A stretch of DNA of 24,024 bases. It comes from an uncultured virus (IMG/VR IMGVR_UViG_3300035135_002062) (Duplodnaviria > Heunggongvirae > Uroviricota > Caudoviricetes). The notes under the pieces were generated by a model. That model had not been told where the DNA came from, searched no databases, and worked only from the letters and a program-made list of their open reading frames with translations. Where the stretch lies: the IMG/VR virus record IMGVR_UViG_3300035135_002062; one strand, given 5' to 3'. Every line of letters starts with the position of its first letter. Position 1 is the first letter of the stretch. This document shows positions 8,839 to 16,953 of this stretch, in pieces. The translations under genes and the position numbers were made by a program.

Positions 8839-10655
8839 AAATTTTCAATTCTGTATTTACCCCACCCCTGTCTTCTTTTGAAGTAAAACATTCTCATGTA
8901 ATCATCTTCATTATCGTACTCCTCTCTAATAATAAACTCGTAATTCTTTTTGATATGCCTTAGATCTTGTTTCTTATAACAGTACTCGAATACGTTCTTT
9001 GTAAGGGTTACATTTTTAGTATCCACACCCATCTCAGTAATGAATTCTTTTTGAGCTACTATCACATCCGCATCATCATCAAACTTTAAAAAGAATTGTA
9101 GACAAAATTTATGTATCTCTTTTTGATTTTTATGGAACTCTTGTTGACTGTCCCACAATAGAGTATGTCCTGAATAATCCACAGTTTTCTCCCCACTTAG
9201 ATATCTTCTAAATCTATCCTTTGTTTTTATAAATTCATTACCAACAACACCATCATCATTTAATATATCCTCTAATAGTTTCGTATAAAAATCATAATAA
9301 GAAATATTTTTCTTCCTTCTTAGGTATATCGAATATATTTGAGTCCAACCATAGATATGTAAATTGGTTATCAACCATGAGAACATCCAAGAGTCGATCA
9401 AATCATCGAACGGCATGTACTTAGTCCCTCTTACTATCTCTGCCACCTCTCCAACAAAATCCTCATTAGATGTATAGTAGTTTTCAAGAAAGACGGTGTC
9501 AAAACCATGTTCCTCTCTTTGTTGATTTAGTTGTGCGTTTTCCAACATCTGAGTCAACCACGATTCGATTGAATTGTGTTGTCCCGCTTCGATTAAATCA
9601 CAGATACCCACTTTCCATGTATCGATAGTTTCGTGGGGTAAACCTAAAATAAGTTCTGTGTACGAAGGTATTTGTTGTTCATTACATAAATCTAATATTT
9701 CATGAAACTTATTCAACTTCATATTAGACCTTTCTATTGACTTTAGGGTCTCTTCGTTCATACTTTGTAGGGAAAGTGAGAATCCTCTATTGAATCCATT
9801 TTCTATGAACTTCTTTACCATATTAATTACACTTGGGTTTAAGTTCTTATACCATGTGGCATCTACTGTTTCAGGATACCCGTATTGATTCTGCACATCA
9901 ATAAGTTTCTCAGTGATTAACATGTCCCTATCTTTAAAACATCCGAAGTTCGCATCGGCTAAACTCACGTAACCAATCTTATTTTTACCCATCCATTCTA
10001 AATCAGAATAAACACGATCTATCATAAACTTTTTTAATTTAGAATATGTTAGGGATCCCCAATCACAAAAGGTACATTTAAATGGACACCCTCTGTTTGT
10101 TTCCAAAACAGTATTCCATTGTAATTCGGGATTACTTTTGATGATGTCATCAAACAAACCTAAAGTATAAGGTGAGGGAAAGGTTAGTTCATCTAACCTA
10201 TCAAACTTATATATCTTTTGGACTTCACCATTTTTATAATCTTCTAATATTTTTAAGAAATTTCTTTCACCTTCACCTAGAGAAACTGTATCTATGTAAG
10301 GGTGTTCCTCAAAAAAATTATTTTCTTCGGGGAACTTTGTTACTTGTGGTCCACCAAAAACAATTAAACAATCGGAGAAGTTTTCTTTAATTGATTGTGC
10401 AATTTTTTTGTTGTATTCATAATTCCACACATAAGATGAAAAACAAAATATATTTGGTGGGTCAATTCTATTTAATAATTCGTCAGGTGTTTCTCGTCTA
10501 AATAATAGTTCTGAGAGGTTGAAGGTTTCGTTAACCCAATCAAACTGTTGGACATATGACCATATTGTTCCCACTGAATATGGTAACCAATATCCTTTAA
10601 ATTTACCACTACCTGTTGAATAGTTTACTTGGGAAAGGTAGATGTTAAATTTCAT
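8835..10655 (-). CDS. Cobalamin (B12)-binding radical SAM enzyme (class B methyltransferase-like)
   Basis: N-terminal B12-binding region (FSSYVWN...IVFGGPQ...GEGE), ETNRGCPFKCTFCDW CxxxCxxC motif, LADANFG and ELILGLPHET. Confidence 0.9.
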   Translation of the reverse strand: MKFNIYLSQVNYSTGSGKFKGYWLPYSVGTIWSYVQQFDWVNETFNLSELLFRRETPDELLNRIDPPNIFCFSSYVWNYEYNKKIAQSIKENFSDCLIVFGGPQVTKFPEENNFFEEHPYIDTVSLGEGERNFLKILEDYKNGEVQKIYKFDRLDELTFPSPYTLGLFDDIIKSNPELQWNTVLETNRGCPFKCTFCDWGSLTYSKLKKFMIDRVYSDLEWMGKNKIGYVSLADANFGCFKDRDMLITEKLIDVQNQYGYPETVDATWYKNLNPSVINMVKKFIENGFNRGFSLSLQSMNEETLKSIERSNMKLNKFHEILDLCNEQQIPSYTELILGLPHETIDTWKVGICDLIEAGQHNSIESWLTQMLENAQLNQQREEHGFDTVFLENYYTSNEDFVGEVAEIVRGTKYMPFDDLIDSWMFSWLITNLHIYGWTQIYSIYLRRKKNISYYDFYTKLLEDILNDDGVVGNEFIKTKDRFRRYLSGEKTVDYSGHTLLWDSQQEFHKNQKEIHKFCLQFFLKFDDDADVIVAQKEFITEMGVDTKNVTLTKNVFEYCYKKQDLRHIKKNYEFIIREEYDNEDDYMRMFYFKRRQGWGKYRIENL

Positions 10656-11302
10656 ATATAATCTTTATAAATCTTTTGGTTTCTTAGGTCACCATAAGTA
10701 TCTGATGATCCACACGATTCATTAAAATCTTTTATTCTTTCTGAGTTGAATATCTCTAAACCTCTTTTTGCGGATTCAGGACTCATATACATGTGCCACC
10801 CAACACACTCAAACTCGTCATCATTATACATTCGATCTTTGTGTCTACCATCATATATCATTGGTCTTAACCACTCATTGAAAACTTTGTTGTTTGTAAG
10901 TATCATACCACCTTGACCTATGTTTAGGATTTTCTTAAAATGAAATGAAAGAATCATTATCTTATCCTCATAACCATCACCCATATTTCTATATAGTGCA
11001 GTTGCGGCATCGATGATGCCTGTCTCACCTAATTCGTATAAACCATCCCATTCTATATCAACAAACTCTGGTTTGTTACCACTTAAAATAATTTGGTTTG
11101 GTACTGACACGTAGGTTTTTGCGGGTATTCTAATTCTATGATTTTTTATTCCTAAGTAATGTAGACACAGTCTTATTGCGTTTGAATTTGAGTCACACGC
11201 AATTCCGTATTTATATCCTGAGTATTCGGCGACTTCATTCTCAAAGTGAGTTACCCAATCCCAAGGATCATTTATTTCGTATTTATCATTTATTTCTTTC
11301 AT
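10652..11302 (-). CDS. DegT/DnrJ/EryC1/StrS-family PLP aminotransferase, short form (about 216 aa; likely start ATG 11302)
   Basis: FENEVAEY.G.KYGIACDSNSNA, P..TYVSV, IIDAA and SFHFKKILNIGQGGMILT (PLP lysine region). Confidence 0.85.
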   Translation of the reverse strand: MKEINDKYEINDPWDWVTHFENEVAEYSGYKYGIACDSNSNAIRLCLHYLGIKNHRIRIPAKTYVSVPNQIILSGNKPEFVDIEWDGLYELGETGIIDAATALYRNMGDGYEDKIMILSFHFKKILNIGQGGMILTNNKVFNEWLRPMIYDGRHKDRMYNDDEFECVGWHMYMSPESAKRGLEIFNSERIKDFNESCGSSDTYGDLRNQKIYKDYI

Positions 11303-12053
11303 AACCAAAACCTTCACCAACCATTCTACCAACCCAATCATCCTCAACTATTTTATGATGTCCATATTCATTCGTTGAGTAGATACTTTTATGTGGTGGA
11401 TCATTAGGATCATATTCACTTGAACTTATATAGTAGAAAAATCTAATACAACACCTTTGTACATCTTTAGGACAATTCACTCTACTAACAGAGTGTACAG
11501 GACCTTTAGGTACATTTTCTGAAATTATAAATCTGTTAAACCTTGGTGAGAGCGATTCTATAATTTCGGCATCAGGATTTACCTCAGGATTATCAGTCCA
11601 AGTTACATTATGTCCCCCCCACTCATCCTTCCAATCAGGTGTTATGTATAAAATTGATGTTAACTTCCTGTGGAGTCTAATTCTGTCGTTCCAATTAAAA
11701 TCATAGTGTGGTGCCAACTCAGATCCATCATGTATAATTGAAAATCCCGCACCAACTAAGTGTGGATCAGGTAAAAGTCCTGATATTCCTGTAAGTTGTT
11801 CTAAATCAAAGATAAATTCACCACTATACATCAAATCGTAGGTAAGTTGATGTGCTGTTGGACAAGTAATTAGATCATTAAATTCCTCCATCCTTGACCC
11901 CGCCCTTGTGAAGACCGACCAACCACCTTTAGGTGCTGACATACACTCCTCATAGAGTTTTAAACAGGTTTCATCATCAATAAAACCATCAATATGTGTT
12001 CTTGGATAACCTTGGATTCTTTTTTTGTCCCAATCTGACTTACGATGTAACAT
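11286..12053 (-). CDS. 2OG-Fe(II) oxygenase (prolyl-hydroxylase-like)
   Basis: LLPDPHLVGAG, HxD (HYDFN), YITPDWKDEWGG, PRFNR, distal His (VHSV) and Arg. Confidence 0.85.
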   Translation of the reverse strand: MLHRKSDWDKKRIQGYPRTHIDGFIDDETCLKLYEECMSAPKGGWSVFTRAGSRMEEFNDLITCPTAHQLTYDLMYSGEFIFDLEQLTGISGLLPDPHLVGAGFSIIHDGSELAPHYDFNWNDRIRLHRKLTSILYITPDWKDEWGGHNVTWTDNPEVNPDAEIIESLSPRFNRFIISENVPKGPVHSVSRVNCPKDVQRCCIRFFYYISSSEYDPNDPPHKSIYSTNEYGHHKIVEDDWVGRMVGEGFGYERNK

Positions 12054-12071
12054 ATTTCTATAGTTTCTTTA

Positions 12072-12103
12072 AAAATATAGGGAAAAATATCCGTAAAATC
12101 AAA
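12072..12103 (-). promoter_or_regulatory. Variant Bacteroidota-type promoter for the 2OG/DegT/radical SAM/GT operon
   Basis: Minus strand: TTTG (12100-12103), 20-nt spacer, TATATTTT (12072-12079). Confidence 0.4.
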
Positions 12104-12108
12104 AAATT

Positions 12109-12330
12109 TTACGTTTTAGATATCTCTATCGTGATTTTTCCGTCTTTTTCAGTTATTTTAAAGTCTGATGGTGAAAGATTCTCATAATACTCCAAATAGT
12201 ACTCAAGACGGTCAAAATCGTCTTTTTTACCCTTTTTTTGGTCTTTTTTGGACTTTTTTTCCTTCTTTTTGGTCTTTTTCTTGTCTTCTACAAGAATTCT
12301 TAAGTGTTCTTCAGTAATACGAATCTTCAT
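12109..12330 (-). CDS. Small Lys-rich protein with the shared MKIRITEEHL leader
   Basis: TATTTATA on the minus strand at 12335-12342, 4 nt before the ATG. Confidence 0.8.
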   Translation of the reverse strand: MKIRITEEHLRILVEDKKKTKKKEKKSKKDQKKGKKDDFDRLEYYLEYYENLSPSDFKITEKDGKITIEISKT

Positions 12331-12402
12331 ATGTTATAAATATCACCCTTTTTACTCTTTTTAGGGGGTGGACTTTGTGGTTTATTTTTCTTACATTATA
12401 GT

Positions 12403-13131
12403 GTGGAGTATAAAAATAACGTTGATGCCATGATAAGTGACGGTATTGAAAGAATCGCGGTAACTGGTGGTGATGGATTACTTGCAAAACAACTAAAAAG
12501 TGACTCTGAGGGGTTAATAATGACTAACTTTTCCAAAAATGAGTGTACTGTAGGTAGAGATGATAGATTTAAGACTTTAGACCCCTTTAAAACCATAGTT
12601 CATACCGCAGCGATGATAAATGTCAACGATGTTAATAATAATAGGGACGAATTTATACTCACCAATATAGTGGGAACCTCGAATTTGGCTAGATATTGTA
12701 TAAAATACAACAAAAGGTTAGTCTACATATCAACAGATTACGTATATGATGGTAATTTGGGGGGTAATCACAGTGAAAATGACCCAATAAACCCATATAA
12801 CCTATATGCGTGGTCGAAATTAGGTGGTGAAAGTGCAGTAAGGTTTGTACCCAACCATGTAATCATTAGAACAAGTTTCGGTAAAAGTGAATTTCCTTAT
12901 AAAAAGGGTCATGACAACCTATATACGTCTAAAGACTACGTTGATGTGATAAGTCCAATGATTATCAAAGTACTCAAGAATAAAAATTTTGTTGGTGTAG
13001 TGAATATTGGTACTCATAAGAAGTCAATATATGAATACGCACTATCAAGAAACAGTAATGTTGAGAGGTCAAGCTTAGAGACCATAAAAGATTTTTCTTT
13101 AAACACAGAGATGTATGAAAAAGTTTTTTAA
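12403..13131 (+). CDS. rmlD: RmlD-like dTDP-4-dehydrorhamnose reductase (extended SDR)
   Basis: VTGGDGLLA, HTAA, YISTDYVYDG, PYNLYAWSKLGGE (YxxxK) and IIRTS. Confidence 0.75.
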   Translation: MEYKNNVDAMISDGIERIAVTGGDGLLAKQLKSDSEGLIMTNFSKNECTVGRDDRFKTLDPFKTIVHTAAMINVNDVNNNRDEFILTNIVGTSNLARYCIKYNKRLVYISTDYVYDGNLGGNHSENDPINPYNLYAWSKLGGESAVRFVPNHVIIRTSFGKSEFPYKKGHDNLYTSKDYVDVISPMIIKVLKNKNFVGVVNIGTHKKSIYEYALSRNSNVERSSLETIKDFSLNTEMYEKVF

Positions 13132-13225
13132 AAAATTAGATTTAACTGATATCTTTTTGATTACCGCATTGTTTTTCTACAGTGCATTTATGATCATAAA
13201 CGTTATTAAGTTTTTCACGTTGTGA
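13115..13225 (+). CDS. 36-aa single-pass membrane peptide (absent from the ORF track)
   Basis: MKKFFKKLDLTDIFLITALFFYSAFMIINVIKFFTL; fills the gap between rmlD and rmlB and overlaps the rmlB start as GTGA. Confidence 0.55.
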   Translation: MKKFFKKLDLTDIFLITALFFYSAFMIINVIKFFTL

Positions 13226-14136
13226 GAATTGTTGTAACAGGTGGTGCGGGATTTATAGGATCCTCCTTTGTTCGATTATTAGATAAGTACAACTCAAAAC
13301 ATGGTGGTTTTGATATTATAGTAGTAGATAAACTTACTTACGCATCAAACATCGAACGTTTACCTGAAACAGTTACTTTAATCGAAAAAGATATTTGTGA
13401 TATCACAAAAGAAGATATAGGTGATACACAGTACATTGTAAATTTCGCTGCGGAATCACACGTAGACAACTCCATAGAAGATGGGACCCCATTTATAAAA
13501 ACAAATGTAATGGGAACCTTCAACTTGTTAGAGGTCGCGAGGTCAATGGATAACTTTGAGAAATTCGTTCAGATATCTACAGACGAAGTTTATGGTGATT
13601 TACACGATTATAATAACTCTAAAAAATTATCAGTAGAGGGTGATAGATGTGTACCATCTTCATATTACTCCGCCTCGAAATCTGCCGCAGATGATATTGT
13701 AATTTCCGCAGGGAGAACTTTCGGGTTACCATTTCTTATAACACGTACATGTAACAATTATGGTAGACACCAACACAGAGAAAAGTTTCTACCTAAAGTT
13801 ATGGATTGTATTGAAAGTGACAAACCTGTACCTGTGTATGGTGATGGTGGTCAAATACGAGAGTGGATTTGGGTGGAAGACAATGTACAAGTGATTTTTG
13901 ATTTAATGATATCGGAGATCGGAATATACAATATTGGTACAGGAGATAGGTGTACCAACAAAGAGATTCTCGTTAACATCGGGAAAATAATAAACCGACC
14001 TGTCAAATATGAATATGTACAAGATAGGTTGGGTCACGATAGAAGGTATGGATTGGATTGTTCAAGATTAGAGAGTGTAACAACTTTTGAACCCACCATA
14101 AACCTGATTGAGTATTTAACTTCAGAATTACTATGA
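13222..14136 (+). CDS. rmlB: dTDP-glucose 4,6-dehydratase
   Basis: VTGGAGFIGS, DKLTYA, NFAAESHVDNSI, ISTDEVYG, YSASK, TCNNYG..QH.EKF.P and DRLGHDRRY. Confidence 0.93.
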   Translation: MRIVVTGGAGFIGSSFVRLLDKYNSKHGGFDIIVVDKLTYASNIERLPETVTLIEKDICDITKEDIGDTQYIVNFAAESHVDNSIEDGTPFIKTNVMGTFNLLEVARSMDNFEKFVQISTDEVYGDLHDYNNSKKLSVEGDRCVPSSYYSASKSAADDIVISAGRTFGLPFLITRTCNNYGRHQHREKFLPKVMDCIESDKPVPVYGDGGQIREWIWVEDNVQVIFDLMISEIGIYNIGTGDRCTNKEILVNIGKIINRPVKYEYVQDRLGHDRRYGLDCSRLESVTTFEPTINLIEYLTSELL

Positions 14137-14966
14137 TAGGAATTATAGGACAAGGATTTGTAGGAAATGCTGTGAAACAAAAATTTGGAAAATACTTTGA
14201 TGTTCGCACGTATGATAAACTTGAACACTTATGTGACTCTACTTTAGAGGAAGTGGTAACGGGTTCTCTTTATATTTTTATTTGTTTACCCACACCAATG
14301 AATCCTGATAGGACGTGTAACACAAGTATCATAGAAGATACTTTATCGGCAATAGATCTAATTTGTGAAAATAATAATGAGAAAAAAACGATCATATTAA
14401 AATCGACGGTCATATGTGGAACAACAGAAAGATTGAATGAAAAGTATGATTATTTAAACATTGTATTTAATCCTGAATTTTTAACTGAGAGAAATGCAGT
14501 AGAAGATTATAATAACCAAGATAGAATTATATTAGGTGGACCAAGACCTTACACTACAGGATTAAAACAGATTTTTTCAAAAGTGTTTCCAAAGGCACAT
14601 ATTATAAAAACAGATTCAACACATGCAGAGATGGTTAAGTACCTAACCAATACTTTCCTTTCAGTTAAAGTAAGTTTTGCTAATGAAATATACCAACTAT
14701 GTAGTCAATTAGGTATTGATTATGATAAGGTTGTTGAGTACGCAACTTTAGATAGTAGACTTGGTGATTCACATTGGACCGTACCAGGTCCTGATGGTGA
14801 CTTTGGTTTTGGTGGGCACTGTTTCCCTAAAGACCTCGCCGCATTAATTAGTTTATCATTCAAACTACACACAACCAACAATGTTTTATGTGCCACAGAA
14901 TCAACTAATGATGATGTTAGATCGTTACGTGATTGGGAATTAATGAAGGGTAGAGCGATTACATAA
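14133..14966 (+). CDS. UDP-glucose/GDP-mannose dehydrogenase family protein lacking the C-terminal domain
   Basis: GIIGQGFVG, ICLPTP, KSTV..GTT, NPEFL, AEMVKY..NTFL..KVSFANE and GFGGHCFPKD. Confidence 0.88.
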   Translation: MIGIIGQGFVGNAVKQKFGKYFDVRTYDKLEHLCDSTLEEVVTGSLYIFICLPTPMNPDRTCNTSIIEDTLSAIDLICENNNEKKTIILKSTVICGTTERLNEKYDYLNIVFNPEFLTERNAVEDYNNQDRIILGGPRPYTTGLKQIFSKVFPKAHIIKTDSTHAEMVKYLTNTFLSVKVSFANEIYQLCSQLGIDYDKVVEYATLDSRLGDSHWTVPGPDGDFGFGGHCFPKDLAALISLSFKLHTTNNVLCATESTNDDVRSLRDWELMKGRAIT

Positions 14967-15574
14967 TGAGTAGAGTATGGGTATATGGTTGTAGTTTTAC
15001 TCAGTTTGGTAGTAGTATAACTCACAAGTGGGATACAGAAAATTCTTTTCCCGATTTAATTTCAAAAGAATTAGGTGTTGAGGTTTTTAATCGTGGTTTC
15101 GCGGGTGCAACTAATTTTGAAATAATAAGAAACTTTTTAGATGACTATGATCAAATACAACCCGATGATACTGTAATCATACATTGGACTCACGTAGACA
15201 GGAAATGGACATCTAAACGTAGTTACTTTGTCACCAATGTAGATCATGAGGACAAAGAAACTCGTGATCTAACAAGATTGTATTTTGGGGAGTTCTATGA
15301 AGATAGTGAGGTATTATTAAATCTATTTACTTATCACCAAACAGTAAAGTCATTATTCAAGGGAAAATATTTATTTGGGTTTGCGGATTGGACAAGTGTC
15401 TTAAAAGGTAAGTATTATGATATTATGTCACAGGAAGATGGTTATGTCTCTGAAGAAGGTGATAGTATGACTGAGTATTGTAAATCCTTTGGTCCTCAAA
15501 TGGCCTTTAAATGTTTACACCCTAACCATAAGGGACACGAGTATCTCTCAAAAAAGTTCTTGGATAAAATGTAA
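14966..15574 (+). CDS. SGNH/GDSL-like hydrolase or acyltransferase
   Basis: VYGCSFT (block I), NRGFAGATN (block II) and HPNHKGH (block V). Confidence 0.7.
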   Translation: MSRVWVYGCSFTQFGSSITHKWDTENSFPDLISKELGVEVFNRGFAGATNFEIIRNFLDDYDQIQPDDTVIIHWTHVDRKWTSKRSYFVTNVDHEDKETRDLTRLYFGEFYEDSEVLLNLFTYHQTVKSLFKGKYLFGFADWTSVLKGKYYDIMSQEDGYVSEEGDSMTEYCKSFGPQMAFKCLHPNHKGHEYLSKKFLDKM

Positions 15575-15588
15575 AACTATTTATAGGT

Positions 15589-15960
15589 ATGATAACAACT
15601 CTACCTATAAATTGGTATATCGACGATCCTATTGATTTCGAACACAAATCTTATTTAATTTTAGGATATCTACAATCGGTGGATCACTCATTTATTATAG
15701 ATAAGAAAGTCTCACCATATCTTTTACACTTAGAGAAGTTACTTGATGAACTAAATAGTTTTGAAGTGACGTATTATAAGATGTTAGAAGGATTTGAAAG
15801 AAATAGATATACGTACTTTGACAATCCGAAATTAATAGGTGAGGATAACGATCTTGTATTAGAAGTAAAAGAGATTGTAGGGTTCTCAGCCCCTCTTATA
15901 GAAACAAGGATTGATTATGGTTACAAGGTCCTTGATAAACACAATCAGTTACTGTACTAA
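15589..15960 (+). CDS. Hypothetical protein
   Basis: ORF with TATTTATA (15578-15585) 3 nt before the ATG. Confidence 0.8.
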   Translation: MITTLPINWYIDDPIDFEHKSYLILGYLQSVDHSFIIDKKVSPYLLHLEKLLDELNSFEVTYYKMLEGFERNRYTYFDNPKLIGEDNDLVLEVKEIVGFSAPLIETRIDYGYKVLDKHNQLLY

Positions 15961-16101
15961 TTCCCACTGAAAAGGTTTTCTGTTCCTTTGGTATTGTTCC
16001 ATACTCCATTCGATATCATCTGTCTCCAATTCAATAGTATAAGGTTTTACAGCACAAAACTTTTGTTCAGTTATAGGTGTAATTTTAATCTTATAATTCA
16101 T
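15949..16101 (-). CDS. Small hypothetical protein (start ATG 16101)
   Basis: MNYKIKITPITEQKF...; directly follows the stop of the upstream 39-aa ORF. Confidence 0.65.
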   Translation of the reverse strand: MNYKIKITPITEQKFCAVKPYTIELETDDIEWSMEQYQRNRKPFQWELVQ

Positions 16102-16102
16102 T

Positions 16103-16222
16103 TTATTTTTTTCTCCCACAAACACAACCAAAACAGTTACAACGTTTGTGTCTATTAATTAAATAATACACAATATAACTTGAAGAAACAAGCAAAAGAC
16201 CGAATAATACTAAGTTCTCCAT
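16103..16222 (-). CDS. 39-aa TM peptide with a Cys-rich tail (absent from the ORF track)
   Basis: MENLVLFGLLLVSSSYIVYYLINRHKRCNCFGCVCGRKK. Confidence 0.55.
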   Translation of the reverse strand: MENLVLFGLLLVSSSYIVYYLINRHKRCNCFGCVCGRKK

Positions 16223-16244
16223 ATATTTCTCTTTTAGAATAAAC

Positions 16245-16273
16245 AAAAAAAAAGAGGGACCTGAGTCCCTCTT
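16245..16273 (-). terminator. Intrinsic terminator ending the leader-motif operon
   Basis: AAGAGGGAC-ctga-GTCCCTCTT with an A run on the left (a U tract on the minus strand). Confidence 0.8.
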
Positions 16274-16282
16274 ACCACCTAC

Positions 16283-16603
16283 CTACATTCTCGATTTTAT
16301 AATCTCAATGGAACGTTGAATTTCTTCTGCGTCCCCTGCGATATCATCGAGTATTTCTTGTGTTGATCTTTCCACAGAAATGTCTCCGACACTTCCGTCG
16401 TCATTCATTCCCTCGAATTCCTTGGTTGGATCTTCAGGACTTCTTAACATTTGTTCGATCTTATTAGAGTCGGATGTGAAGTTTTGTAGGTATTCTCTTT
16501 TTTCTTCATCGTCCATTTGACTCCATGTTTGTTGTTGTTCGACTATAGGTTTCTTTTCAAATAGTCTACTATATTGATCTTCTGATATTACTAATTTCTT
16601 CAT
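16283..16603 (-). CDS. Acidic hypothetical protein with the shared MKKLVISEDQ leader
   Basis: Coupled operon with the two upstream genes. Confidence 0.85.
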   Translation of the reverse strand: MKKLVISEDQYSRLFEKKPIVEQQQTWSQMDDEEKREYLQNFTSDSNKIEQMLRSPEDPTKEFEGMNDDGSVGDISVERSTQEILDDIAGDAEEIQRSIEIIKSRM

Positions 16604-16953
16604 TATAAAAATCTTTTAAAGTCCTTTAATATTTCTTCTTTATTCTCATTGATCCATTTTGGTTCCATTGCTCCTTGCATTAAACCTCCTGGTTGAGTTG
16701 CGACAGAATCGTTAGGGTTCCAATCTTCTTTGGTTTCCTTTTCTTTGCCACAATCACACTTTTCACACTCAGGTCCACATTTACATTCATCTTTCTTACA
16801 ACCACATCCACATTTTTCTTCGTTAAGATGTTCTTCGACTTCTTGTTTAAGTTTTTCTTCATCCTTAAACACAGTCTTAGCTTGTTCCAAGATTGGTTTT
16901 TGTGTATCTCTTACGAGTCTATCTAATTGATCTTCTGATAAAACTATTCTCAT
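16603..16953 (-). CDS. Hypothetical protein with the shared MRIVLSEDQ leader and a metallothionein-like Cys cluster
   Basis: CGCGCKKDECKCGPECEKCDC (8 Cys in 21 aa). Confidence 0.8.
   Translation of the reverse strand: MRIVLSEDQLDRLVRDTQKPILEQAKTVFKDEEKLKQEVEEHLNEEKCGCGCKKDECKCGPECEKCDCGKEKETKEDWNPNDSVATQPGGLMQGAMEPKWINENKEEILKDFKRFL

Noticed and set aside
12403..15574. Bacterial chromosomal O-antigen locus
   Set aside because: No flippase, polymerase or rmlA; the enzymes are shortened and embedded among phage-like hypothetical genes.
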